Shown: positions 7,191 through 15,654 of the stretch, piece by piece | Position numbering within the stretch: position 1 is the stretch's first letter | Layout of the letters: the number at the start of each line of letters is the position of its first letter | Origin: Candidatus Saccharimonadota bacterium | Lineage (GTDB): Bacteria; Patescibacteriota; Saccharimonadia; Saccharimonadales; UBA4665 | Reading direction: 5' to 3' | Length of the DNA: 32,000 bases | Assembly (NCBI GenBank): GCA_002952755.1 | Contig: CP025011.1 | Span: forward strand, 1,080,001 to 1,112,000 | Made by a program: the position numbers and the translations under genes | Notes under the pieces: generated by a model | Databases searched by the model: none | The model's input: the letters and a program-made list of their open reading frames with translations, nothing else | Told to the model about the DNA's origin: nothing

Positions 7191-7811
7191 ATGCAGTCAG
7201 GAGACACATCTCTCACCCGCACCCAGCTTGCCCGTCGCCAGGATATTCTCTCGGCAACCGTCAGAGTCATTAACCGTGACGGCTACCATGCGGCATCGGT
7301 TGAAAGAATCGCGAAAGACGCACACACCACAAAGAGCACGGTGTTGTACCACTTTAAATCCAAAGACGCTATCTATGCGGCGCTCGTGGGAACAATATTT
7401 GAGGATGGCGCCAAGTATATGGCACCCCAGATTCTGGCAGCCGGAAATTTTCGCGACAAATTGCGGGCATATATTGCCTCTAATCTGCAATATATCGCCG
7501 AACACGCTGATCGTATCGCCGCATTACATCAAATCGAAAAAAATAGTACCCGCGCCGCTTTCGAAGCCGGCTCAAATCGTATGCAAAACGACGCCCCGGT
7601 TCAGTGGCTCCAGCAGATGCTATGCGAAGGCCAGCAAGCAGGTGAGTTTGACACATTCGACCCCCTCACGCTTGCACTCGTTATTCGTTCCACAATCGAT
7701 AGCGCCTCATCTTACTTCGTTACCCATCCATCGTTCGACATTCCCACGCATATCCAGCAAGTTGTCGCCCTGTTCGACAAAATAGTAGCGCCTGTAGGGG
7801 GGAACCCATGA
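7191..7811 (+). CDS. TetR/AcrR family transcriptional regulator
   Basis: The N-terminal HTH ARRQDILSATVRVINRDGYHAASVERIAKDAHTTKSTVLYHFKSKDAIY is typical of the TetR_N domain. Length is about 200 aa. Confidence 0.85.
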   Translation: MQSGDTSLTRTQLARRQDILSATVRVINRDGYHAASVERIAKDAHTTKSTVLYHFKSKDAIYAALVGTIFEDGAKYMAPQILAAGNFRDKLRAYIASNLQYIAEHADRIAALHQIEKNSTRAAFEAGSNRMQNDAPVQWLQQMLCEGQQAGEFDTFDPLTLALVIRSTIDSASSYFVTHPSFDIPTHIQQVVALFDKIVAPVGGNP

Positions 7812-7867
7812 ACCGATAATGCTACTATTTATTCGACAACAATATAAACCCACAAGGAGGACCTAGC

Positions 7868-8290
7868 ATGACTAACACGACGAATGAAGCTCTACAAAAC
7901 CCGCATATCACTCAAGCATTCCGAACCCCAAAATTGCTTGTAAGCGGATATGTGGCTATCAGCTGGGGGGCAATTGTCGCACTTTTTCTGATGCGTAACC
8001 ATCACAACCTAGCTACGCAGGAAGCATGGGTCCATGGCTTCATCATCAGTGGCACAGCCTTACTGATGGCCTCATTTATGTGGCGGGCCGCCCGCGGCGA
8101 CCAAAATTCATTTTTGCGACTTCGCATCACGACGGCAATCTTGCTAGCCGCTATAATTGTTACCTCGGCGATTCCCGGCGACTTTCCGATGTGGATGAAG
8201 TTGGAACAGGGCGTCTGCGCAATCTTACTACTAGGAGTAGTCGTGCTTATCAACGGCAAACAGTTGCGATCCGTATTCGCATCTAAATAA
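7868..8290 (+). CDS. 4-TM membrane protein, unknown function
   Basis: AAGGAGG RBS lies 7 nt upstream. It has four hydrophobic helices and sits directly downstream of the TetR gene. Confidence 0.6.
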   Translation: MTNTTNEALQNPHITQAFRTPKLLVSGYVAISWGAIVALFLMRNHHNLATQEAWVHGFIISGTALLMASFMWRAARGDQNSFLRLRITTAILLAAIIVTSAIPGDFPMWMKLEQGVCAILLLGVVVLINGKQLRSVFASK

Positions 8291-8308
8291 AATAAACGGG
8301 AGACTTTT

Positions 8309-8764
8309 ATGGCTAAGCCATCACTACCCTTGGAGGCGTATTTTGACAAACTCATCAGGCATGATTTTCCAGCCCAATTACCGGCATGGTTCAGCAAGAT
8401 CATCGCCCGGTGGTCGTGGCTGATCATCGGGTTTGTGATTATTGTGCAGCCCTGGGTTGGCTGGGGATATTGGGATGAGGTGCATACGGCCATCGTCGAC
8501 CCTAATTTCTTCTTTTATCTGGCGTTCACCGTCTCCGGTTTCGAAGTATTTTTACAGCTTCTGGCGTTGTCCGATCTTGCACGTTTGAAGCGCCGGGGTT
8601 GGGAGTTGCTCTATTGCAGCGCTTTTCTCAATATCCTGTATGGAGTCGTGCGGATCTTCTCAAGCGAGGGTAGCATTGGGCCGCTCTTCGGCATGATCGT
8701 CTTATCAGCGATATTTTTCTATGTACTATTCCAAATTCGTCCGGAATTTACGCACCAAAAATAA
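8309..8764 (+). CDS. Membrane protein, unknown function
   Basis: GGGAG RBS upstream, 151 aa, four hydrophobic segments. Confidence 0.6.
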   Translation: MAKPSLPLEAYFDKLIRHDFPAQLPAWFSKIIARWSWLIIGFVIIVQPWVGWGYWDEVHTAIVDPNFFFYLAFTVSGFEVFLQLLALSDLARLKRRGWELLYCSAFLNILYGVVRIFSSEGSIGPLFGMIVLSAIFFYVLFQIRPEFTHQK

Positions 8765-8780
8765 CTAGGCAGGACTGTTC

Positions 8781-8822
8781 GAGCGGCCACAGGCTGTCTG
8801 GGGCCACTCGATTCCTGTTTTG
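8781..8822 (+). terminator. Candidate intrinsic terminator
   Basis: GAGCGGCC (8781-8788) pairs with GGCCACTC (8802-8809) with one mismatch. A T-rich tract (CTGTTTTGATTCAATTTT) follows. Confidence 0.45.
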
Positions 8823-8830
8823 ATTCAATT

Positions 8831-8860
8831 TTCGCATACTTTATAGCTATTACTTATAAT
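8831..8860 (+). promoter_or_regulatory. Promoter of the HIT gene (TTCGCA-18 nt-TATAAT), apparently leaderless
   Basis: TATAAT at 8855-8860 lies 7 nt before ATG 8868, with no SD. The -35 match is weak. Confidence 0.4.
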
Positions 8861-8867
8861 AATTACT

Positions 8868-9302
8868 ATGAACAGTAGTACAAGTCCGTGCGTCTTTTGC
8901 TCTATAGCTACACTCGAAGATCGAATTGTATATAGTGACGCTCTTCTATATGTACTCGTTCCTTCACACCCGGTCACGAGCGGGCATTTACTCGTTATCC
9001 CCGTTGCCCATCGATACACTTTCATTGATATCAATTTGGACGAACTCCGCCAGATGCAAACCATAATTGCTCATGTACTAGCTAGGAGTAAGAATCAAGG
9101 AGTAATCGGTTATAATTTACTATCTAATAATGGTGGTGCACTGGTTGACCAACATGTCGCCCATTTCCATCAGCATTGTTTTTTGAGGGACAGAAATGAG
9201 GGCAGCCCCTTTGAAAAATTACAAAATGGTCACAATATCACATCATCTTCATCGTTCAATATGACCGAGCACTGTCAAACCCTAAAAAGAAGATTTAATT
9301 AA
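8868..9302 (+). CDS. HIT (histidine triad) family nucleotide hydrolase/transferase, intact triad
   Basis: CVFC near the N-terminus, SGHLLVIPVAH, and the triad HVAHFHQHCF (HxHxHxx). 144 aa. Confidence 0.8.
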   Translation: MNSSTSPCVFCSIATLEDRIVYSDALLYVLVPSHPVTSGHLLVIPVAHRYTFIDINLDELRQMQTIIAHVLARSKNQGVIGYNLLSNNGGALVDQHVAHFHQHCFLRDRNEGSPFEKLQNGHNITSSSSFNMTEHCQTLKRRFN

Positions 9303-9317
9303 AATTGTAACTTGCGG

Positions 9318-10175
9318 CTATGCCGATTCTTGATCAATCATGCGACGTATTGCCTTTAACACTTCTCGCGTAATCGGTCCGCAACCATCAGATATAGTAA
9401 TATCATCTATTCGCGTGACAGGGTATGCAAGCAAGCTTGAGTTCGTTGCGAAACATTCGTCCATATCCTTAATATCAGATAGATGAATGAAGGTCTCGTT
9501 TACTGGAATATGCATGGCTTGTAGAGCCAATATCGCTTTTTGACGCATGATACCGCCGAGAACGTTATCAGTAGGCGCCGTCATTACAACACCAGATTTG
9601 ATGAAGAAGACATTATTAACGGCCGCCTCATAGACTGTGGGATCCTTTTCGGTGCCTATGAGCAATACGTCCATAATTCCCGTGTGCTTCAGTTTATTCC
9701 GCGCATAAAGGGAAGTTGTGTAATTAGTTGATTTTATCCTGGGCAATTGTCGTGGTGCTGAGAATGTCGCAAAAGCAACTCCTCGATCATATATGTCGGA
9801 GTCAATAGGTTTACAATAATTAATAATCAATATTAGTGAATTATCACGACCCGGAGATAAAGTATCTTCGCTAATACCCCCCGTAAGCAATACACGTACA
9901 TATATGTCCTGATCTGGATTCTTTTTGAGGGCATCTTCGAAAATATCCTCTAATTCTTTACGGGAGCACGGCATGGGAAGCTGAAATGCCTTTGCCGATT
10001 CAAAAAAACGATCCAAATGATCCTTGAGCCAAACAAAATTACGATTATGGCTGCGAACAAAATCAAAAACACCATAGCCTCTTAAAATGGTAAGATCAAA
10101 GACCGATAACGTTAGATCCTCGGCCTGAACCCAAGTCCCATTTATATAGTGGATATTTTCGTTATGTATTACCAT
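9318..10175 (-). CDS. PLP fold-type IV aminotransferase (branched-chain / D-amino-acid aminotransferase or ADC-lyase family)
   Basis: DLTILRGYGVFDF, YVRVLLTGG, a candidate catalytic Lys in PRIKSTNYTTSL, and EAAVNNVFFIKSG all match class IV aminotransferase landmarks. 285 aa. Confidence 0.75.
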   Translation of the reverse strand: MVIHNENIHYINGTWVQAEDLTLSVFDLTILRGYGVFDFVRSHNRNFVWLKDHLDRFFESAKAFQLPMPCSRKELEDIFEDALKKNPDQDIYVRVLLTGGISEDTLSPGRDNSLILIINYCKPIDSDIYDRGVAFATFSAPRQLPRIKSTNYTTSLYARNKLKHTGIMDVLLIGTEKDPTVYEAAVNNVFFIKSGVVMTAPTDNVLGGIMRQKAILALQAMHIPVNETFIHLSDIKDMDECFATNSSLLAYPVTRIDDITISDGCGPITREVLKAIRRMIDQESA

Positions 10176-10184
10176 ACGGATTAT

Positions 10185-10949
10185 TTAGATTTGCCGAGGG
10201 ACCTCTGTAAATATTGGTATGCTTGCCATAGGACGCCCACTATCATTCCATTGGCCTTGCAATCTTAGAACTTCTTCGTCACCCGTAACTATTGGTGTTT
10301 TTGGTGTAAAGTTGCCGTTTAAGTCATGGATTTGCATTCCAGGTATCCATAATTCAGGTGCGTTCCAGCCGATACGCCTAGTGAGATCTGGATTATGCGC
10401 GAGTAATGCCAGCAATTCAACACCAGGTGCCGTCGCACGATCTCGCACTAAAAAGGGTGCAGAGCCGTCGCCGACATAAGCATCAATATCTATTCTACTT
10501 GAGGTTATCTCCCCGGCTGGACGTGACAAAATCCTTTGCCCTTCATACAGATGACGCTCACTGTTCGCATGGAACGGAGTCCCTTTTGGAAGATTTTCAT
10601 CGATAGCCAGTAGCATCTTTCTAGAATCGCCATCTGGTACAAACGATGATTCTTGGTCGACCGTACCTTCGAAATTCCTCGCTACGATACTCCATAAGGC
10701 TTGCGCTGTCTTAGCGGTCGACGAGAGGTGGGGTGTAATTACTGTTACTGGCGTTTGACCCACCTCTTGATGATGCCTCTCCTCTAGAGCACGAATGGTG
10801 TCCGCATCAACATGTGTAGCCCTCTCTAAAAGACCCATGGGGACTAAACCGTCAGTAGCCCAAGCTCTAATATTCTCAAGTTGCTGGTCGACACTAATCG
10901 GCTCCCAATCATGAAGATCAGAAAAAGTTGCGTATTCCTCTATAGCCAT
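10185..10949 (-). CDS. Hypothetical protein (255 aa), possible N-terminal HTH
   Basis: The start at M47 of the track ORF (ATG 10947-10949) follows a TTGACT-17-GATAGT promoter by 7 nt. The longer start would overlap the divergent gene. LVPMGLLERATHVDADTIRALEER loosely resembles an XRE-type HTH. It contains no Cys and I recognise no enzyme motif. Confidence 0.5.
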   Translation of the reverse strand: MAIEEYATFSDLHDWEPISVDQQLENIRAWATDGLVPMGLLERATHVDADTIRALEERHHQEVGQTPVTVITPHLSSTAKTAQALWSIVARNFEGTVDQESSFVPDGDSRKMLLAIDENLPKGTPFHANSERHLYEGQRILSRPAGEITSSRIDIDAYVGDGSAPFLVRDRATAPGVELLALLAHNPDLTRRIGWNAPELWIPGMQIHDLNGNFTPKTPIVTGDEEVLRLQGQWNDSGRPMASIPIFTEVPRQI

Positions 10950-10956
10950 GCAGGCT

Positions 10957-10985
10957 ACTATCGCAAAGCGCTTTAGCTTAGTCAA
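10957..10985 (-). promoter_or_regulatory. Promoter of the minus-strand operon (TTGACT-17 nt-GATAGT)
   Basis: On the - strand, TTGACT is at 10985-10980, followed by a 17-nt spacer and GATAGT at 10962-10957. The ATG is 7 nt downstream, so the transcript looks leaderless. Confidence 0.5.
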
Positions 10986-11136
10986 GCAGTTACTTGTGGA
11001 TAAAGTGCCGGAAAGAGATGTAGTTGGACTGGCTTGTGCCGGGGTTGAAAGGTGTAATGTTTCTGTTCCGATTCGGCGTAGGAACATCCTTCATTTTGGA
11101 GTAGTATTGTCTTTAGCAAAAATTGAAGGCAGTAAT

Positions 11137-13383
11137 ATGACTGAATCTTTTCGCGATCAAATGCTTTCCGGGCAATCCGAAGTGTATGCGGATTTGCAAT
11201 CTATTTGGAATCAGAAACGAGGTCGGCCACCGATTGACACAGAACCCCAATTCTCTTTAGCGGTATGTTTGGCAAGTCCACAATTTGCCGTTGATGACTT
11301 TGCAGATAATATGGTTTCCCATCTAGCCAATACAGATCCAGAGACTATGTATCGTTGGTCTAAGGAATGGGGCCAAGCACGCATTGCACTCGCGCCCGGT
11401 CAAGATCGCTTTGTGATGGTGGATACTCAAGGAGAGGATTCAAAGAGGTATTCGCCCATCTTCACGCGGGCGAAATGTCGTCCCTCTGAAATGATGGCCG
11501 CTAAAAGGGAGTTGGTAGAAAATGCGATTACTATAGTTATCAACGATGACGAGCCGGTCAGTATGGAAGGGGCAGTTTTACAAGTTGAACGTATGGTCGA
11601 TGAAGCTGTATGGACAATATGCAATGGCATACAAGAAACAGAACAGGTACCTGGAGCGGCTGCATATAGTCGAGCGGTAGAATACGTGCAAAAAAGAGGT
11701 CTAAACATTGCATATGCAACAGCCAATACTATTCTAGATTTAAAATCGAGCCTCCCTGATGCCCCAGTTCGTCTCTACGGAGACATTCATAAGCAAAGCA
11801 CAGTGCCTCCCATTATTGGGATTATTCTATACGGTGGTTTGCCTGTTGGTGCGGAGATCAAGTACCCTAAAGCTCAATCAGATAAAGAGGCCATTCAATC
11901 AGACTGCCTAGAAAATCATTCTATTATCGAGCTCGCCGATTCAGAGGATATTGTCGCTAACCTATCGATTACTTTAGGTAAGCGATTACATGCAGGCCAC
12001 CTGTTTATGTTTGTAAAAGCATGGTCGGCATTGAGAGGCAGCGATCGTGCAAGCATGTGTGTTGAGTTTAATGATACCGGGCCGCAGATAGATGCCATGC
12101 TCGAAGTAGCAGCAAGCGAGACAGGAAAAAGTGTCGAGTTTGTAGCTGCCGCCATATCGGCAGGCTACTATGCATTAAAAGAGGTAGAAAGCTGGTATGG
12201 ACGGCGCAATAAAGATCCCGTTGGCATGTATTATGTTCCGCGCGCAGAACCACTACTGTCCATGAGCACTCAAGCCGAAGAAATGCACCGACTACTGCAA
12301 TCTACATTCCCTAATATACCTATGCGCACCTACACAAGTAGCACTACCGATTATTCGCACGTATTATCTCATTCTGATTATAGTTGGCGATCTACAGGGT
12401 TCGAAGTTATGGATGGCCACGTTCTAGCTAAGAGGGGAGGGACTACGGCTCTACTCGCTAGGATGGGTTTTCTTGACAGGGTAGCGAGGGAGAATCCCGA
12501 ATCAAAACTAGTATATATAGACTCTTCGCCAACTATTGCTACGGCTACGCGATTGTCTGAACGTATCATCGGGTATAAGCCAGAGATAGTAAAAGGGGCT
12601 GCACTGGGGTTTGATTTTGATATTCATTCTGGATCATCGCCACGGGACGATATTACCATTGCTCAATTTCTGGATTGGTATCATCAAGAGGTAAACGACG
12701 ATGAGGAGCAGCTCGCACTTGATCTAGAGTATATGATGACCTTTATGCCATTGGCATGTCCGAAGGATGATCCGGAAGCATTCTATAACTTTGCCAATCT
12801 TGAGGGTTTGAGGCGAGCAATTGCAGTCAGTCATAGCGAAAGACTAGGTTTTCTAAAAGATATTGCAACATGTGCTTTTCCAGTTCTCCCAAATGATGAA
12901 GGAATAGCCTTTCGGGAAGGAGCGCCAAAAGCTGAACGAGTGGCGATAAAGAAGATTCTGCGTTCGGCACTTGGACAGTTAAAAAACCAACATCCCCATG
13001 TTTATAAAGCAAGAGACCTTGATTTTGCATTCATCCCTCCGGGGTATCTTCATGAAGAGCTCACTTATTTAGCTAGTGGAAATCTTTTGGCTGGTGAATC
13101 AATAAGTATAGATGCCCCTACTGGTGTTGCCATTGACCCGACCTTGATTAAATTGTTACAAGCACAAGGCTACACATCCATAGATAAATTACAGCATGCC
13201 GCTCACTTGATGCTAGCCAGAGACATCTCCTTTCAGTTCCAGCTGACACCTTACCAACTACTGTTCAAAAATCTAGTTAGCATCGTGACACACGTATCGG
13301 CCTTAGGTACCGCATACCAACGGGCATACGAATTCTTGAAAAGGTCCAGGTTATGGGAGGTACCTAATCATCATGAAGTATAG
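11137..13383 (+). CDS. Atypical arginyl-tRNA synthetase-like class I aaRS homologue with about 270-aa unknown N-terminal region
   Basis: LGKRLHAGHLF aligns to the ArgRS HIGH region (AKEMHVGHLR in E. coli, from memory). VEFNDTGPQIDAML aligns to NHVGDWGTQFGML. LVYIDSSPTIATATRLSERIIGY aligns to the YVVDxxQxxHF...ARKAGY block. The start at ATG 11137 is preceded by GAAGG. Confidence 0.5.
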   Translation: MTESFRDQMLSGQSEVYADLQSIWNQKRGRPPIDTEPQFSLAVCLASPQFAVDDFADNMVSHLANTDPETMYRWSKEWGQARIALAPGQDRFVMVDTQGEDSKRYSPIFTRAKCRPSEMMAAKRELVENAITIVINDDEPVSMEGAVLQVERMVDEAVWTICNGIQETEQVPGAAAYSRAVEYVQKRGLNIAYATANTILDLKSSLPDAPVRLYGDIHKQSTVPPIIGIILYGGLPVGAEIKYPKAQSDKEAIQSDCLENHSIIELADSEDIVANLSITLGKRLHAGHLFMFVKAWSALRGSDRASMCVEFNDTGPQIDAMLEVAASETGKSVEFVAAAISAGYYALKEVESWYGRRNKDPVGMYYVPRAEPLLSMSTQAEEMHRLLQSTFPNIPMRTYTSSTTDYSHVLSHSDYSWRSTGFEVMDGHVLAKRGGTTALLARMGFLDRVARENPESKLVYIDSSPTIATATRLSERIIGYKPEIVKGAALGFDFDIHSGSSPRDDITIAQFLDWYHQEVNDDEEQLALDLEYMMTFMPLACPKDDPEAFYNFANLEGLRRAIAVSHSERLGFLKDIATCAFPVLPNDEGIAFREGAPKAERVAIKKILRSALGQLKNQHPHVYKARDLDFAFIPPGYLHEELTYLASGNLLAGESISIDAPTGVAIDPTLIKLLQAQGYTSIDKLQHAAHLMLARDISFQFQLTPYQLLFKNLVSIVTHVSALGTAYQRAYEFLKRSRLWEVPNHHEV

Positions 13384-14773
13384 AAATATTGTGCTCGTTG
13401 GCGGTTCGGGCTTCTGGAGTGACCAGAATCATATAATGAGCATTCTTGAAGTTGGCCCACGCAATAGGGCGCGAATTGGTGCGATTATAGACCCTGTTAA
13501 TCCGGCAATCGTAACCAAGCATATAAATTTGCAGCAATTGCTCAATAGGGACCATCCCCAGTGGTTAGATCCTCGTAGGTATACAAATATGAAGGAGCTC
13601 TTTGGACACCTAGAGCAAACGCCCGACCTGGTTATAGTAGCTTGCAACCCGGAGGCCCATTTGGAATATGCCAGCTTCTGCATTTCACAGGGTATAAACG
13701 TTTTGATAGATAAGCCGATCAACGTAGTTGCAAATGCGTCGAGCGACCTGCTTAGCGCTCGACAGATATACAAAGATTTCTCCAAACTCCTGGCATTGCA
13801 GCAGCGAGTTCAAGAACCACACCTTGCGGTAACACTCCTTCGCAGAAGAACACTGAAGCCTTTCCGACATATCATTAGGGAAGTTGCAGACTGCTACCAA
13901 CGAACAAGGCAGGGCATCACTCAAATTAACATTATCGTCAATGGTGGCATTCATAAATTTCCATCCGAATTCTTTTCTACACCTGGTGCCCACGGCTATC
14001 TTATGGGCGTTGGCTCCTTATCCCATTCGGCCTATCATTATATTGATGTTGTCACATGGCTACTCCAAAGCGCGCCCGGGGATGTCCGCTATTTACGCGT
14101 AAGTCTTGCCTGCGTCAAAAGGATTGCCGACTACATTAAGACCGGTGGATATAGTGCGCTACAGCAGCTTTTAGATCTGCCGGATACTCTTATTCAATCA
14201 CCCGAACCAATACCGCAAACTATTTTAGATGCTGAGCTAGATTCGAGTTTTACAATTGAAATGTTAGATAGTAACCAAGCAGTTATTGGACATATCAATT
14301 TTGTTTTTTGTCATACTACCTTTACTTCTAGAACAAGGACTATCGAAGTGGGAGACGATCATGCAAATTACCCAAACGGTGGCCGTATGTCACACATATA
14401 TCTCGATGTCCAGCAAGGATCTTTACAAAGTTGGCAGTTAGAAAAAAACGACATTGTTTTTCAGGGTAATACTATCAGGTTAAGTGGCAGGGTTCACCCC
14501 TACTACGGTCGTCCGCAAATATATTCTAAAGTATATGAGGCCGCCTATGAAAATACCGAAAGGCCCTTGAGCATACTCCTTGAAGATGTTTTATCAATGA
14601 CAGATAACACCCACCCAACAGTCAATTCAAATCAATACATTAAAGATATAAAATCAGAAACACTGAATATGCGACTCTTCAGCACATTTTATGAGCTACT
14701 AGCCATGAATAAGGTGGCCGGGCTCCAGAAAACAATCAGTCTCGATGTAGGTTCTTTATTGACAGAACACTAA
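13373..14773 (+). CDS. Gfo/Idh/MocA-like NAD(P)-dependent oxidoreductase (long form, 466 aa)
   Basis: N-terminal Rossmann segment NIVLVGGSGFWSDQNH, then PDLVIVACNPEAHLEYASFCISQGINVLIDKP (family motif EKP, here DKP), then GVGSLSHSAYHYIDVVTWLL. Its start overlaps the stop of the upstream gene by 11 nt. Confidence 0.6.
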   Translation: MKYRNIVLVGGSGFWSDQNHIMSILEVGPRNRARIGAIIDPVNPAIVTKHINLQQLLNRDHPQWLDPRRYTNMKELFGHLEQTPDLVIVACNPEAHLEYASFCISQGINVLIDKPINVVANASSDLLSARQIYKDFSKLLALQQRVQEPHLAVTLLRRRTLKPFRHIIREVADCYQRTRQGITQINIIVNGGIHKFPSEFFSTPGAHGYLMGVGSLSHSAYHYIDVVTWLLQSAPGDVRYLRVSLACVKRIADYIKTGGYSALQQLLDLPDTLIQSPEPIPQTILDAELDSSFTIEMLDSNQAVIGHINFVFCHTTFTSRTRTIEVGDDHANYPNGGRMSHIYLDVQQGSLQSWQLEKNDIVFQGNTIRLSGRVHPYYGRPQIYSKVYEAAYENTERPLSILLEDVLSMTDNTHPTVNSNQYIKDIKSETLNMRLFSTFYELLAMNKVAGLQKTISLDVGSLLTEH

Positions 14774-14980
14774 GGCAGTGTGCCAATCTTTACGACCGTC
14801 AACGGGCCTTTTGCGGGTTAAGATTGAGGTCGAAGGGCCATACTCAGCCTAACGAGTGATTCTGTAACTCGCTTCATCTTTAGTGTATTAAATATACTTC
14901 GTCCAAACGACGGGACGCATTGTTGACCGCGCAGCGCCCCCTCGATTGTAAGAATGCGTAGCGTCGGTTATGATAATTTT

Positions 14981-15400
14981 ATGTCATCTCACAATAATTC
15001 AGAGCAAGAACCAAATCCCGGAGTTGCTTACGGCAATGTAGTTGTAAGACGCCTACCACGTAGCGGGTTTTATAGAGTGTACGAAGCAGGCGCGCCAAAG
15101 GACGAGGACCCACACGCCCAGGTGTATCTTACTAATTACACTAGGGACAGTGAAGACATGGTGCGATTTAGCGTACCTGCAATAAACCAAATCCGTCCTG
15201 GCGACATTTTAGAAAAGCTTTGTAAAGTTGACGTTACAGTTGACGTAGGAGTACCAGAATCTCACACTCAGGCTACCCTAGAGGAGCTCGCTGCACTAGC
15301 AGGAGCGACTGCGTTTGAGGCCGCGAGGGTGGCTGGCACTTTCCCTCCGAGGCCTTTGGCTTTGGAGTCTAGTCAGATCCTTCTTACGCCACCGGCCTAG
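14981..15400 (+). CDS. Hypothetical protein (139 aa)
   Basis: I chose ATG 14981 because TTGTAA (14946-14951), a 17-nt spacer and TATGAT (14969-14974) precede it by 6 nt. No motif recognised. Confidence 0.45.
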   Translation: MSSHNNSEQEPNPGVAYGNVVVRRLPRSGFYRVYEAGAPKDEDPHAQVYLTNYTRDSEDMVRFSVPAINQIRPGDILEKLCKVDVTVDVGVPESHTQATLEELAALAGATAFEAARVAGTFPPRPLALESSQILLTPPA

Positions 15401-15475
15401 CGTTTGAGGCTAAGATACAAGCTAGTATGCGGGGTACGTACGCTTTAAGTGCACTGCGGTTAGTACACAAAGTAC

Positions 15476-15504
15476 TTGACAAGCATATGCTTATTTGTTA
15501 TTAT
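15476..15504 (+). promoter_or_regulatory. Sigma-70-type promoter (TTGACA-17 nt-TATTAT) upstream of RNase J
   Basis: TTGACA at 15476-15481, a 17-nt spacer, then TATTAT at 15499-15504. This implies a leader of about 145 nt before ATG 15655. Confidence 0.6.
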
Positions 15505-15654
15505 GATAGTTACTATAAGATTTCTCTTTTAGCAATTTAGTCGGTTTCCCTCTGGAAATAATACTCATGGCGACGAACACTTCTTTGCCATCAGTTCCTC
15601 TTTTTAGGATAGACGGCCGACACCTTACTTTCATAAAACAATATAAGGAAACAT

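Noticed and set aside
7228-7785. 185-aa + strand ORF overlapping the TetR gene in another frame
   Set aside because: The TetR frame has an unmistakable HTH, whereas the alternative frame is low-complexity and basic.
8002-8493. 163-aa - strand ORF
   Set aside because: It is antisense across two well-supported, RBS-preceded membrane-protein genes and their intergenic gap.
10948-11136. Long 5' extensions of both divergent island genes (track starts 10948 + and 11087 -)
   Set aside because: The two extensions overlap each other on opposite strands. The internal starts have a promoter (- gene) or an RBS (+ gene) in the right place, and the extended peptides look non-native.
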